Positions 36,673-50,143 are shown, counted from the first letter of the whole stretch. The stretch: 63,860 nucleotides of DNA, filler included, from Octopus bimaculoides (GCF_001194135.2; 7 parts of 7 records of this genome joined end to end with filler, not necessarily neighbours in it); one strand, 5' to 3'. Numbers and translations are program-made. The notes: generated by a model from the letters alone, not told the origin.

Positions 36673-37056
36673 GGAGACGCAATGGCCCAGTGGTTAGGGC
36701 AGCGGACTCGCGGTCATAGGATCACGGCTTCGATTCCCAGACCGGGCGTTGTGAGTGTTTATTGAGCGAAAACACCTAAAGTTCCACGAGGCTCTGGCAG
36801 AGGATGGTGGCGAACCCTGCTGTACTCTTTCACCACAACTTTCTCTCGCTCTTACTTCCTTTTTCTGTTGTGCCTGTAATTCAAAGGGTCAGCCTTGTCA
36901 CACTGTATCACGTTGAATATCCCCGAAAACTACGTTAAGAGTACACGTGTCTGTGGAGTGCTCAGCCACTTGCACGTTAATTTCATGAGCAGGTTGTTCC
37001 GTTGATCGGATCAACTGGAACCATCGACGTCGTATGCGACGGTGTGCCAACAACAA
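36673..37056 (+). mobile_element. SINE S4, full length
   Basis: ggagacgcaatggcccagtggttagggcagcgg...gacgtcgtatgcgacggtgtgccaacaacaac. Confidence 0.9.
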
Positions 37057-37956
37057 CATGAATTGCGCCGCCCAGTCAAATAATCGAACCCATGACTTTA
37101 TGACCATCAGCTCAACACCTCAACTACAAAAACATGCGCCTTTACAAATGTGTTCCCATTGTGTACCTCGGGCTATGTTTTTGCGATTTAATTCAGTCGC
37201 AGATAAACTATGTAAAGATAAATATGAATTCGCAATGTCAATCTTACATGATGTATTCGAAAACCCAGTCATTATTTTCCGTGTTTCCTAATGCAGTCTT
37301 GCTCGCAAATTTGCCTTCAGATAAAGAATGTTATAATTACATCGAACATCTAGATTACTGATAGCTATTACTTTATTTTGTCATTTAGCTCAGTTTTAAA
37401 TATTAATCTAATACATCAATGATATTTCAATCTAACATTTGTGTGTATTGTACTATGTCTACTTGATTAATTCATAAGTATTTATAAGTCTATACTTGCT
37501 CTAATTCTCTTATCTCTGTCCTTTTCTTTCCATCTTACATGATATTACTGATTTTATTAACATCTCTCTTCTCCCTTTTCTCTCTCTTTCTCCCTGTCTC
37601 TTTCTCTTTAGCTTCTATGTTGCCTCGGCGCATTTTACAAACTTCATTTCATGCCAATTTCTCAGCTGAAACTATGCACAACACTATATGTAAGTGTTGC
37701 TAGTTGTTTGTCATTTGCAGAATATGAAATTTCAATCATTCCTGCGCAGAACACTGTTGATTGTTATTCCACAGTAACTTATATTCGTATCTTGCCTCGC
37801 TGACGGCTATTGCATCTATGTTTACTAACTTGTTTCAGATCGATAGATAAGTAACGTCGCTTCAAAGCTAACTCCAGGCTACCTGCACTTATCCATATTA
37901 CACAACGCTGGAAATATGTGCTACGCTACATGTTTTTACATTTTATATATATATAT

Positions 37957-38009
<53 letters not shown>

Positions 38010-38599
38010 NNNNNNNNNNNNNNNNNNNNNNNNNNNNNNNNNNNNNNNNNNNNNNNNNNNNNNNNNNNNNNNNNNNNNNNNNNNNNNNNNNNNNNNNNNN
38101 NNNNNNNNNNNNNNNNNNNNNNNNNNNNNNNNNNNNNNNNNNNNNNNNNNNNNNNNNNNNNNNNNNNNNNNNNNNNNNNNNNNNNNNNNNNNNNNNNNNN
38201 NNNNNNNNNNNNNNNNNNNNNNNNNNNNNNNNNNNNNNNNNNNNNNNNNNNNNNNNNNNNNNNNNNNNNNNNNNNNNNNNNNNNNNNNNNNNNNNNNNNN
38301 NNNNNNNNNNNNNNNNNNNNNNNNNNNNNNNNNNNNNNNNNNNNNNNNNNNNNNNNNNNNNNNNNNNNNNNNNNNNNNNNNNNNNNNNNNNNNNNNNNNN
38401 NNNNNNNNNNNNNNNNNNNNNNNNNNNNNNNNNNNNNNNNNNNNNNNNNNNNNNNNNNNNNNNNNNNNNNNNNNNNNNNNNNNNNNNNNNNNNNNNNAGG
38501 AGGAGGAGGAGGAGGAGGAATGCCTCCTCACTAATGATACTGAGATGTATGCATGACATTGGATTTAAGTGAAAACAAAATGGTTGTACACCATTTATG

Positions 38600-38860
38600 C
38601 AATTCTCCCGATTGCAAGATGATTGGTGCAATTTCATAGACAGATAAATTTTACATGGTGGTCGGATCCAGGCTGTGAACGATGCTTCACTAAGACGAAC
38701 AAGCCTTCAAACATGGGACAGAAGCGAAACACCAGCCTGTGTCTCTTGTCCACTGATAAACGGTCCTTTCAACATCCCCTCAGCAGCTGTCCCCAGAGCC
38801 ATAGCTGATGGCCGCTCCCACTGGTGGCACGACCACGTGCACAGCGCGGTTGCAGATGTA
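38600..38860 (+). mobile_element. HERO/NeSL-like RLE non-LTR retrotransposon fragment (zinc-knuckle region), frameshifted
   Basis: IQAVNDAS..RTSLQTWDRSETPACVSC/..SFQHPLSSCP/RAIADGRSHWWHDHV resembles QAVYDxLPSPxNLxxWGxxExPxCxLC..xxHILSSCPxALxxGRYxWRHDxV. Confidence 0.7.
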
Positions 38861-40257
38861 ACGTGAACGGCCATCCAATCCACTCGCCGAGTGAGTTGGT
38901 ATTTCAGAAATGAAAGAAGTCTCGAATGCTGGAGAATAGTAACTTGTTGGTCACTTCTTGTTCTGTCTTTAAAGGTATTTGCTCGATCCGCTAAGCTGTT
39001 TTCACAATTATTTTCCTGTCTTCGAGATTGTTTTCATTTTTAAAATACCGACTGACTCGACGCTTCTATGTTTCTCTATAAAAATGTTCTCACATTCCAA
39101 AAGCTATTCTTTGGTGCTACAAAAGACGGGATCTGTTGTCAGGGAACATTTATCTCAGTGGTACGGGTAGCTCCTCCGGAATTTGAGAGATATTGACTTT
39201 GCTTCTGTTATAGATTGCAGCTTACTTTTTTCAATCTGTTAAGCTATTTTACCCTATCCTCTGCGCTGTTTTCACAGCTATTCTCCTATGTTCGAGATTT
39301 CTTTCATTTATAAGATTTGTGTGTGTCCGAGTGTGTGCGATTGCTCGCATGTGTGTGTGTGCGCATGTTTGTATGCAGACTCATACATATCGTTTTAAGT
39401 TTTTGGAAATTTGAAATAGAAATCGAACCGTCTGCATTTAATTACTAAGGAATTGTTAAATGACAATGAACCATGTTAGTACGATGTTCTTGTCAGTCAG
39501 CTAAAATTGCCATCGTGGGTCAAATTCCACAGCCATACTAAACACATGCGGCAGAGCTAGCATGTTATTTATGATGTAACCGTATTGGTTGTCTCGTAAG
39601 TAATATATGTACGTAGGTGTATACCTCAAAGGGATTCTTTGATGTATGAATGATGACCGCTGCTCATAATAATTATGGTAATGATATTGATAATGATGGT
39701 GATGATGATAATGTTTGTGGTGATGAGAAAGTCTTGGATGCTGGTGATCATGAGAGAAACAATTGCGATGTCGATACAGCTGATAAGTAACCGGAGAATA
39801 AGATATTCATGTAAATGATGATGATGCTAATTACGATAATGATGACGGTGATAACAACGATGACGATGACAACGACGACGATGATGATGATGACGACATA
39901 ATAACATGGAAGTGGTACATAATAAGGACTAGAATCGATATGTGTGTGCGTGTGTGTATGTGTGTGTACTATACATGTGTGTATGTATGTATGTATGTAT
40001 ATGTATTTATTAACAGGTGTTAAAATATCGATGGAGAGGGGGGAGATTTAGAAGAAGAAGAAGAGGAGGAGGAGGAGGAGGAGGATGGCCGAAATGTTGG
40101 TTCAATGAATGCATCACAGGTAGAAGAAACCTTCCTAAAATTGACTGGTCAGTCAGTCTTTGCTAAAAACGTCTGTAGCTGACATCTCATTAGTTCGTTC
40201 TAACTACGTATTGAAACTCATCATCATCATCATCGCCTTAAAAATTGAAAGACTTTA

Positions 40258-40308
<51 letters not shown>

Positions 40309-40334
40309 TTCTACATATATATGTGTGTGTGTGT

Positions 40335-40470
40335 GTAGTTCAAATTTATAGAAAACAAAGACGAAGGCGGGTGTAGAAACAACAAGCAAGTGTATTAGTT
40401 TGACGCTCGGAAAAAATGGAAAAGTCTTTTATGTTTCGAGCTTACGCTCTTCGACAGAAAGGAATAAGAG
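40335..40470 (-). ncRNA. Penelope/retrozyme-type repeat end carrying a minimal type-I hammerhead-like motif (core mutated)
   Basis: Minus strand: CUUU-CUGUCGA-A-GAGC(GUAA)GCUC-GAAAC-AUA-AAAG. Stem I CUUU:AAAG and a 4-bp stem II are intact. A6 is U and G16.2 is A. Confidence 0.6.
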
Positions 40471-41109
40471 GAAATAAATAAAGAGAGAATGAAAAAAAAA
40501 GGTGTTGAGTTCAGTGCTCCAACATGGCGAATGATGGGAATTTAAAGAGGTTGAATGAAAGGGAGATAATAATAAAGAGAGGTTGGATGAAGGGGCAATA
40601 ATTCATGGTGATCCCAACAAGAAGAGGTGCGCAAGCATGTGTGTACGTGAGAACGGTGTGTATGAGTATGTAAGTGTGTATGTGTGAAGGGGGCGAGTGA
40701 GTTTAACGTGTGTGTGAGTGTGTGTATAAGTCTGTTTTGTGTGTAGCAGTTGATGTGTGCTTTTCACGTGGTGTATGTATGAGTGCGTGTGTCACTGTGA
40801 GCAAAAAGTGTGCATGTGTATAGTATATGTATGTGGGTGAAAGTTTACTTTCTCTATGTGTGTTGCGTGTGTTTATGCGTGTGTGTGTGTATGTGTGTAT
40901 GTGTATATATTGTCTGTGTCCAGATATTATGTGCTTTTATGGGTCTGGGAGTGTGCATGATGGTGTGTGGTGTGTGTACTGAGTTAAACAGTGTGTGTGG
41001 CGGCTGAAATAGTGACAACACGATACTCAGTTTCCTCCATTTTTCTTGTAAATTCGGAGCTTGTTTATTCAAAAATCTGCAGTAAAAAAAAAAAATTAAA
41101 ATATCAGAA

Positions 41110-41225
41110 TCATGAAAATGAGCAAGAATACTCCGAAAAGACTGTACTTACCAGAAAAAATTGTTTCAACTATATAGCAGCCCCAATTCTAGGTTATGCT
41201 CAAAACTTTTCAGACACCCCTCGTA
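41110..41225 (+). mobile_element. Mariner-like 3' end and TIR
   Basis: aaaacttttcagacacccctcg|TA is the reverse of a TA-CGAGGGGTGTCTGAAAAGT type mariner TIR. Confidence 0.5.
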
Positions 41226-42189
41226 TGCGTGTGTGGTCTGTGCGTGTGTGTGTTTGCATGGGCTTGAATTTCTTCCTATAATAATAGGGTATACGATTTG
41301 AGATGCTTGCCTCGTCTTAATGTTTACTGTCCTGTTTAACAATTCTCTCTCTCTCNNNNNNNNNNNNNNNNNNNNNNNNNNNNNNNNNNNNNNNNNNNNN
41401 NNNNNNNNNNNNNNNNNNNNNNNNNNNNNNNNNNNNNNNNNNNNNNNNNNNNNNNNNNNNNNNNNNNNNNNNNNNNNNNNNNNNNNNNNNNNNNNNNNNN
41501 NNNNNNNNNNNNNNNNNNNNNNNNNNNNNNNNNNNNNNNNNNNNNNNNNNNNNNNNNNNNNNNNNNNNNNNNNNNNNNNNNNNNNNNNNNNNNNNNNNNN
41601 NNNNNNNNNNNNNNNNNNNNNNNNNNNNNNNNNNNNNNNNNNNNNNNNNNNNNNNNNNNNNNNNNNNNNNNNNNNNNNNNNNNNNNNNNNNNNNNNNNNN
41701 NNNNNNNNNNNNNNNNNNNNNNNNNNNNNNNNNNNNNNNNNNNNNNNNNNNNNNNNNNNNNNNNNNNNNNNNNNNNNNNNNNNNNNNNNNNNNNNNNNNN
41801 NNNNNNNNNNNNNNNNNNNNNNNNNNNNNNNNNNNNNNNNNNNNNNNNNNNNNNNNNNNNNNNNNNNNNNNNNNNNNNNNNNNNNNNNNNNNNNNNNNNN
41901 NNNNNNNNNNNNNNNNNNNNNNNNNNNNNNNNNNNNNNNNNNNNNNNNNNNNNNNNNNNNNNNNNNNNNNNNNNCACAGATGCAAAAAAGAAACGAACAA
42001 ACAATACAGCGAGTAAAATATTTAAAATGGCCGTTAACAAATATGGATGTTTTAACACCCTCGCGCAATCTGTATGGCGCGTGTACACTTGCTCACACAT
42101 GGTGCACTCACGATCACAAAGAAAATTAAATAGCTACTTGGTGTTTATAAGAACGGGGACATTAAAACTAAACATGATTCATCCATACA

Positions 42190-43300
42190 TTATGTTAACA
42201 GTTACTCAAATTCATTCCCACTGCATTGTGTGAAAGTACATTTATATGCGTTTAGGTATCTTGAGAGTCTTTCAGATAGTCTGTTAATGATCTTCTCATT
42301 GGTCCACAGAATAGACAAGGATTCTTCAGAGTAGTGTTGGCATCTCCTGGAAATTATATTGCATGGTTTCGTGCGCCTTACTATGGACCAAGTTATGTTG
42401 TACTTAATTTTATCTTCCTTCAGCCGCCAAACAAAATCCGCCAAAGATGTTTAATGTCTCTTATTGATTCTCATAAAGCTGGCGACATGGTTGCGATAAC
42501 GAAATCAGCCGTTTTCCCAATGTAAACATACGACCCACTTCTTGTGTGCTGGGTACATTTATATACAAGATTTGTACCTATACAGTGGTTCATCAAACGG
42601 CATTATAATTTTTCTCTGCATGAGCATTTATCGTATTTATTCGTATATAAAGCAGTTCCGACTCCACTTACCGATGTTGTTATTGTGCTAGCTGTATCAT
42701 AAACATTTCTATTATTACAATTTGGCCGTAATTGATGTTTTTCATTGCAGTTTACATTTCCTTTGTTGGTATTTAGATGCGTATGTTCGTTAGATCCAGT
42801 AGGTGGGTTGAAGCTTCGTCGCATTTTACTATTGTTTATGCGATGCATAAGCTGCTCTACATTAGCAGAGTTAGCGTAGGATACCGTCAGGGTGTGCGGA
42901 TTAAAAATAGCATGATATCGATTAGATTTTAAGAGAGCATTTGTCCAAAGCGGCAAAAAATTTTTCAGTGATCTTGGTTGAACCATGCGTACTGAAAATT
43001 GAGTTTAACCAGAGGACGTCCCGATTCCAAATATGCCCAACAATATCCTGTTGTTAGGCTTATTTAATCGAGTGTGTTGTACAGGACTGGAAGAATTTAC
43101 AGTGTTACAGGCAGTTGGATTATTATGTCACGTGTGTCTATGAGCTTTCGTTGGTAGTTCATTGTCTTGACCAATTCTTCCTGGCCTGTATTCGCTACCT
43201 GAAGCTCGAACATCAATAATGGAAAACAAAGTACAACTATAAGACGATATGCAATTATGTTTAAAAAAAACTTGCACTTATAAAGCAATGAAAATTATCT
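42190..43300 (-). mobile_element. Penelope-like element (RT C-terminus plus GIY-YIG region), decayed
   Basis: YHAIFNPHTLTVSY.NSANVEQL..INN (compare LHKIFNRNTVKVSYSCM), CN..HQLRPNC..NVY, and MADFVWRLKEDKIKYNITWSIVRRTKP....RRCQHYSEE.LSIL....IINR.SE (compare LSxYIWxLKxxxxxYxIxWxI....CxLCxxEKxxI...LNxRxE). Confidence 0.85.
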
Positions 43301-43371
43301 GCCTAAATATTGCCAATAAATTTATACGCACACACATACATACATACATACATACATACATACATACGTGC

Positions 43372-43520
43372 TAAAGTACATTTATATGCGTGTAGGCATC
43401 TTGAGAGTCTTTTAGAAATTCTATTAATGATCTTCTCATTGGTCCACAGAATAGACAGGGATTCCACGGAGCATCTCTTCTGGCTCACTTTTAGCTTTTT
43501 AGTTTTCATTGAAAGCAATC
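43372..43520 (-). mobile_element. Duplicated Penelope 3' end (pseudo-LTR-like)
   Basis: A direct repeat of 42234-42340 (aaagtacatttatatgcg...ttctcattggtccacagaatagac), upstream of the main copy on the element strand. Confidence 0.8.
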
Positions 43521-43669
43521 ATAATTATCGTTAATGTGCGTTAATTTATTAAGAGAGAAACACGTCTGTAATTTGTTAGCCTTAAACCAATAGTTGGACG
43601 TAAGACAAACCGTTGTTGCCGTCTTCATATTCACTGCTGATACCAACAGTAGCACTATGTACCTCGACA

Positions 43670-44070
43670 TAGTGATCAGCGTCATCGTCATCATTACCGT
43701 CGTCGTCGTCATCATCGTCGTCATCGTCGTCGTCTTCGTCGTTGTTCTTGACATTCTCCTCCGCCTCCACCTCCTCCACCTCTTCCTCATCCACCTCCTC
43801 CACCACTTCCTCCTCCTCCTCATCATCATCATCCTCATCATCCTCATAATCATCATCATCATCATTGTCATCATCTTTATCATCATCATTATCTTCATTA
43901 TCTTCATCATCATCATCATTATCTTTATCATCATCATTATCTTCATTATCTTCCTCATCATCATCATCATCATACACGTTATCATCACCATCGTCATCGA
44001 CAACATTATCATCATCATCATCATCATCATCCCATCATTATCATCGTCGTCGTCATCATCTTTGTCTACT
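43670..44070. repeat. (TCA/TCC/TCG)n compound trinucleotide tract
   Basis: Directly visible. It gives poly-D/E, poly-I and poly-M ORFs in several frames. Confidence 0.85.
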
Positions 44071-46599
44071 GCTATATTAGTATACCACACTATTACGTGA
44101 TTATACTAAACATCTCTACATCTAAGCAACACCACACTAGAGTCCCATATAGCGAGACGCTATTACTATGCACTACACTAGACGACACTTCATCACAAGT
44201 ACACTACCATACACAGCACACTGTTATACATCTACAGGACTATACAGCCACATTATACTATTACGCAACCACTCTTCTCCCCTATAGTACTAGACTGCAC
44301 TAGTCTGCAACTGCGTTGCAATTCTTTCGTGCAGCGAGGATTTTATGATCAAATCCATTCCAACGATAATCGTCATCACCTTTATTTTAGACGCAGTGTA
44401 TCCAGTATCTTATTAAATATATTGCACGATTTTAAAAACAACACGTAGCCGTTTAAGACATGCCACCTCGTATAGGCTGTCGTGTTATTGGCTCTGTTTT
44501 ACAGGGAAATGGAACGACCGCCTACCTGAGAGTTAAGCACCTTGGTTATGGACTTTTCAATGCATTATTGATGGGATATGAACAGTCGACCAAGTTGGGA
44601 TTGCCTTGACACTCCATCGATTCAGCTAGTTGCCTGACATTTTACGAAACTTTAAGATTAATTCTTTAATGATGCCAACCTCACCAAAAAAAAACAAAAT
44701 AGAAAACAGAAGAAAAGGAGGCAAAACAAAGGAAAAATATATAATACAGCAAGCACTAAGGTTATCAAATCTTCGATACAAAATTATTAAGCAAATCACT
44801 CGGTCTAGACGCTGCCTACATCAGCCTTATAACAAAATCACCAACAACAGACAAAGCGCTTAATTACTTAAAACCACATGGGTTTCTCCTAGAAATTCTG
44901 TAAACAAGTAATGTTAGCAAATGACACCGAATTTGCATCATTTGTATTTTGTCTGTATATTGTGGAAATGTCAGTCCCACCTACTACTTGTTCCCAATAA
45001 GCACATATAAACAAACACTCACACACACTCGCACAGGCGCGCAAATACTCGCACACAAAACAGGCATTAATACTTTCACTCCTATACGCGTGCGCATACA
45101 TGCACACACACAAATACACACACACATGCATATATATATATATATATATATATACATACACTTAAACAGACACGTACGCAGAGGTCTTTGTTTTCACAAA
45201 CCAATCAATCACTTTCCATTAGATATTTCAAGATTCATGTTTTCTAAGATGTATTTTGCTAAACTTGTGAAGTAATTGCTCTATGTAAACTGTCATAGCT
45301 TTTTCACTCAAAATATAGGAAGATAAGTTTTTAATTATATCTGTCTCAGACAAGTAACATTAGCAAAATCTCGACGCCACTTACCATTTTAACATTTCCA
45401 TGGCTTTATTTTGTTATATTCTTAATTTCAACTTCTCTTGTCTTTCTCAAAAGAGTTTGGCTTCAAACGAGACATGAGTATCATATAAGTTAAACCAGGA
45501 CCGTTATACTTAAAAGGCAAGCCTTCTTATGAAGGAATAAGAAACTTAACATTATTTAATCTCTCAAAGTAATGTCGATGGCTGAAATAGAAGGTGATAG
45601 AATAAAGTAGATGACTAAAAGTAAAAGAAAAATAGCAAGTCGATTAAGGATTCCATTATCTGCTCATAGGTTCATAAGTTCAAATACATTACAATCAATT
45701 CTGGAACGGGTCTTGATCAGGATTGTGTATTCTGCATTGCTCCAGTTCGTTTATTGACGCTATTCTTTACTGTCTCTGTTCACAGAGTCCGTTGTTTTTG
45801 TTGTTTACCTCTTCAGAATATTCTAACTGAAACCATGGACGACTGCTTGAAGGTTATCCCTGCCTCGCATCGGATCTTCTAACGGAGAGCGGAGAGATTT
45901 GGAACTAAAAACTTTGTAATTAAGATTTTGAATATTGTTGAGTATTTTTTTGTTTCTTGTCTGAGTCAAGGGTACGGTAAATTATCTAAAATAAGCTGGG
46001 GTTAAACGAGCTGAAGAAACTGCGCTCAACGGGTCACTGTGGGCAATGAAATCTTATGATGGGTTACAGTAAATGAACTGAAATGACTCTCAGGTTGTAT
46101 TAGTTTATGTACCATCCAACAATAACCTTTGTTACAAGCAAGTCACGTCCCAGTTTTCTTATCTTGTCGAAAGACATAATAGTATAAAGTAAGAAACATT
46201 AAAGTATTGGTTCAATAATATTGACGGAATTTTTGTTGTGATACCTAGATTTAATAATAATATTTTGTTTCAAAGCATTGCGATTTTATACTAAGGCACT
46301 GTTTTCTCTGTGATGTGAGATTGTGAGTTAATATTTACATTAGTATTTTTGCAGTGCATTATATTACATTAATGCAAGTGTAATATCGGGACTTAATATC
46401 AAATTAACATTTTTTCCATTGCTGTGATTTTATGTGAGACTGATACTAGTATCATTATACCCAGATTTTACATACAGTTGATATTTTTGCATATTCTGTG
46501 ATTTTTAGATGACATTGATGGTATCATGATTTTACACCAAGTTTTTATTTTTCCATAGCTGAAATCTTGCTCTGCAGACTTGCTGCTTAACCTCGATTC

Positions 46600-48150
46600 G
46601 TTGGGAAATGAAACACATTTTTAGCGAACGGGTATCAGAAAGTTTATGGGGAGATGATTAGATGAAAGCGAAACATGGCATGAGAAAACTTGATAAACAC
46701 CATAAATGATCCAGTGACCCTGGCCTACGCCAGATATTACAACTGGTTGTAGCCAACGTGCATGTTCTAGTATTTTTGCTTGTAATAATGTCAGGTTATA
46801 TGTTAATTCATCGGCAAAAGCATCATCTCCTTGTGAAGTGTTATACATCTGCAGCTGGTGATTTTCAAAATGATGTAAAGGATGACGTATGTTAAGTAAA
46901 TGTACATCGTGCTTAGTTATTCTTCACATATGAAAGCAGTAACCTTCAAGTATTGCATAACTTCTCTAGTTTGTTTATCTTACGTCACAAAGTACTTCTA
47001 TCTTTTTACAATTTATGCTGATTGGTATAACTGTACAAATAATCGTATAACAAGCAAGTTACACAAATATGTTCAAATAGATGCAGCAAACTTTATTGCC
47101 ATTAAAAGCACACCAGGAAAGAATACTATGTCACCTTCACAAGATTGGTAAACCACTGGTAGGTGAAAAATTGAAAGAAATTACTTCTAATGTTCTCACA
47201 CGCTTTAGTATGTGAAACTCATGTCATAACTTTACGCAGGAAAAAGCAATATTGGAAATGTAGGCGGCCTCTGTTGGTTTTGTATTGAAGACATGACAAA
47301 ATCATTTGGAAAATTATTCAGTTGTTGAAGAAACTTTTTCTGTTGATTAAGTTGCTCGTTATGAAGTTGTTTATGTGGAAAATAAACTTCTCAAACTATA
47401 TGTAGTAATTATAAAGTATCAAAATAATACTATGGTCGATGTTTCACCTGATTTGGAAACCGAGAATAAATTTGAGAAGGTGTAATCAATATTTTGTGCA
47501 CAGTTTGTAGACATATCGTTAGAGAGTTCCCTTGTCTTTGCAAAACTAATGGAACAGGGTGTTGTCTTCAATCGTTGATCATTTTACAAGATTTAGGTTC
47601 AAACTAAAGAAAGCATTTAAGCAAGAATATGATGATTGCTCTACAATGAAAGCAAAGGAATACAAAGTGCAGGCTAAAGTAAAGGGCGAAAATCCAAAAC
47701 CCTCTTTACTGGGCTGGACATAAATTGAATCGTGTTCTGGATGACCTAAACAAGGAATTCTAATCGCACAGTCAAAACCGTCATTATTTTTTTTTCGTTC
47801 AGACAAGAAGGATGTTTCATTCCAAGTGTGTCATTTCATTACAGGAAACACGTTGGAATGCAAACCATTAAAACGTCAGACTCTTTCTACTATTAGCGTT
47901 GAAACCATTTTGGACTTTCTCAAAGATATTTCAGTCAGGCAGATATGCTGCAATTATAATTTTAACAATTCCCTTAAGAATCTGTTTGGAGAGGTCCGGC
48001 ATTAAGGCAAAGAAAACAAAAACATGGTCATGGTCACCAATGGTTGGACTGTGCATGACAAGTGAACGTCGAATAAATCTTTTGAAAACAAACATAAATT
48101 CATTCAAAAAGTGATTAACAAATTCAAACAAGGCCCAAGACATTTGCAGT
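46600..48150 (+). pseudogene. Decayed hAT transposase of ZMYM1/THAP12-like type
   Basis: CETHVITLR (~47207), NHLENY (~47299), QEYDDCSTM.AKEYKVQAKVKGENPK (47622), AGHKLNRVLDDLN (47713), TVKTVIIFFR and ETRWNA (47845) are colinear with the GQGYDGxSxM..HCxxHxLNL..ETRW motifs. Many stops and frameshifts. The boundaries are approximate. Confidence 0.75.
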
Positions 48151-49829
48151 TTTTATTCCGTAGTCTATTATTGTATAAGAAACAGAAAACTGATATAACA
48201 AAATACATTCACTTTTTTCTTATACATTCTCCTATTTTTATATCGTAACTTTTATGATCGTTGCTCACGTGCAAAAGCTATCTTTCAATCTTATTCTATG
48301 AGAATTCGTAAAAGCACTTCGCTCGAGTAAACTACATTTAGCATTAATTATATATTATTGTTATTTTTATTTACAATCTTAATTCAATAAGATATTAGCA
48401 AAAAACACTACCTTTTTATGAATTTTGAAATATTCCTGTTTACAAAAATAGTGTATTATTATTTATATCTCATTTTTAATTCAAGTTTTCCAAGCCCCAA
48501 TCCTATAACGTAAATATATGTTTATTTAATATTGTATTCAATGATACATATGTGTACTATATTTATATTAGTATCTGTTTTGAATTTTGCTCGGAAATTT
48601 AAAGAATAATTATAAGGTTTCTTGTAGCTTAATTTATTTTAGAATTTATACTATTATTTTTTAGCTGCATCATATTCAAAACCAAGAATATCGTTGAATC
48701 TAGCAGCCATTCCAGTGTTAATGAAATAACTTTTGTCGCTTACTTAACATATTTTCTTTTTCTTGTTCCGACTAGACATCCTTTAGATTATAAAACCTTC
48801 TTCGTAAAGTAGATTTATATTTTCAGATGCTTTTCTTGCGTAACCCCATTTTCAAAAGCAGGTGTTTTTATTTAAGTGATTTTTGGAAAAGAAAAGAAAT
48901 ACCTTTTTGAACATGTTAGACATTCGTTTCTTTAAACTCGATTTGCAATGGCATCTATCAACGCCTACAAGTAGCAAAAAAGAGAAAAACTTTTCTACGA
49001 GCATTGAACAATAAACATAAATGAATGAATAAATAAATCAGCCTGCTTTTCAGCAAAATATGCATGTATCAGGTATGAAATATCTTTTAATTCCTAAAAA
49101 CATAATGGTTTGTTAAGTGGTTTTTGAGAACTCGCTCGGCGACGACAACAACTACATTGAAACTTACTCAAAAACACAAACAACACCGAGTGAAANNNNN
49201 NNNNNCACATCAGTTAAAATTGCCAGCAACTTTGAAATTCTTAATATTTGAAAAGGCAGTAATTTTTAATAGAGCAGTTGCTATTTTTCATTCATAAGGA
49301 CTCCGTATTTCTGCCAGAACTATTTATTTAAGAATGGGCAAAATGAAAACTAATGTGCCTTGGCCTCACAAACTGAGTAGCTTTCTCTATAACTTTGAAA
49401 GACCACATAAAGGAAGAATAGAGCAGATGTCTTTTCGACTGTATTGTCCAGAAAAAGATACAAAGACCAACGGTACAAAATTCAAACACGATACTCATTT
49501 TTTCTTTTCTTACAGTCTATCCGAATGGAGAGGCACTTATATGGAGCTCTTGGAGTTTAATTTTTCGTTTATTTCTATGAACCTTTTTTCTGTTCTTGTT
49601 CGTCTATGACTCTGCTCGTCTGTATCCCAGCAACTTACGTTGCTGACACTGCCAAAATCGTACAATATCATCGTTCGATAATTATCGGAAGTTGCTAAAC
49701 AACCAGTACAGATAATTTGTTTATAGTAATCACATGTTAGCGCTATTCATGAGCTCACTCTCTTCCTCAAATCGACATTGCCTGTATAGGTACATGCTGC
49801 ACCCCAGATCAGATCTCGAGATGATCGCC

Positions 49830-49863
<34 letters not shown>

Positions 49864-49914
49864 TAATAATAATAATAATAATAATGATAATAATGGTGAT
49901 GATGATGACAATAA

Positions 49915-50143
49915 TCCTTTCTGCCATAGGCACAAGGCCTAAAATTTTGTGGGTAGGGGACAAATCGATCACATCGCCCCGCCCCCCGCCACCGTACCTG
50001 ATTGGTACTTATTTTATCGACCCCCTAAAGGATGAAAGATAAAGTCGACCTCGGTCGAATTTGAATTCAGAATGTGAAGACGGACGAAATGCCGCTAAGC
50101 ATCTTGCCTGGCATGCTAAGAATCCTGCCAGCTCATCATCACC
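49915..50143 (-). mobile_element. SINE S2 flanked on both sides by (AAT)n-type tracts
   Basis: cctttctgccataggcacaagg...aaagtcgacctcggtcgaatttgaattcagaa...aatcctgccagctc. Confidence 0.85.

Noticed and set aside
37134-37361. 75-aa ORF with a signal-peptide-like N terminus
   Set aside because: It starts in degenerate SINE-like sequence, another frame is equally open, and there is no supporting motif.
43582-43977. 131-aa Asp/Glu-rich ORF resembling acidic biomineralisation proteins
   Set aside because: It is a (GAT/GAG/GAC)n tract open in several frames, with no signal peptide or convincing splice context, and similar tracts occur elsewhere in the window.
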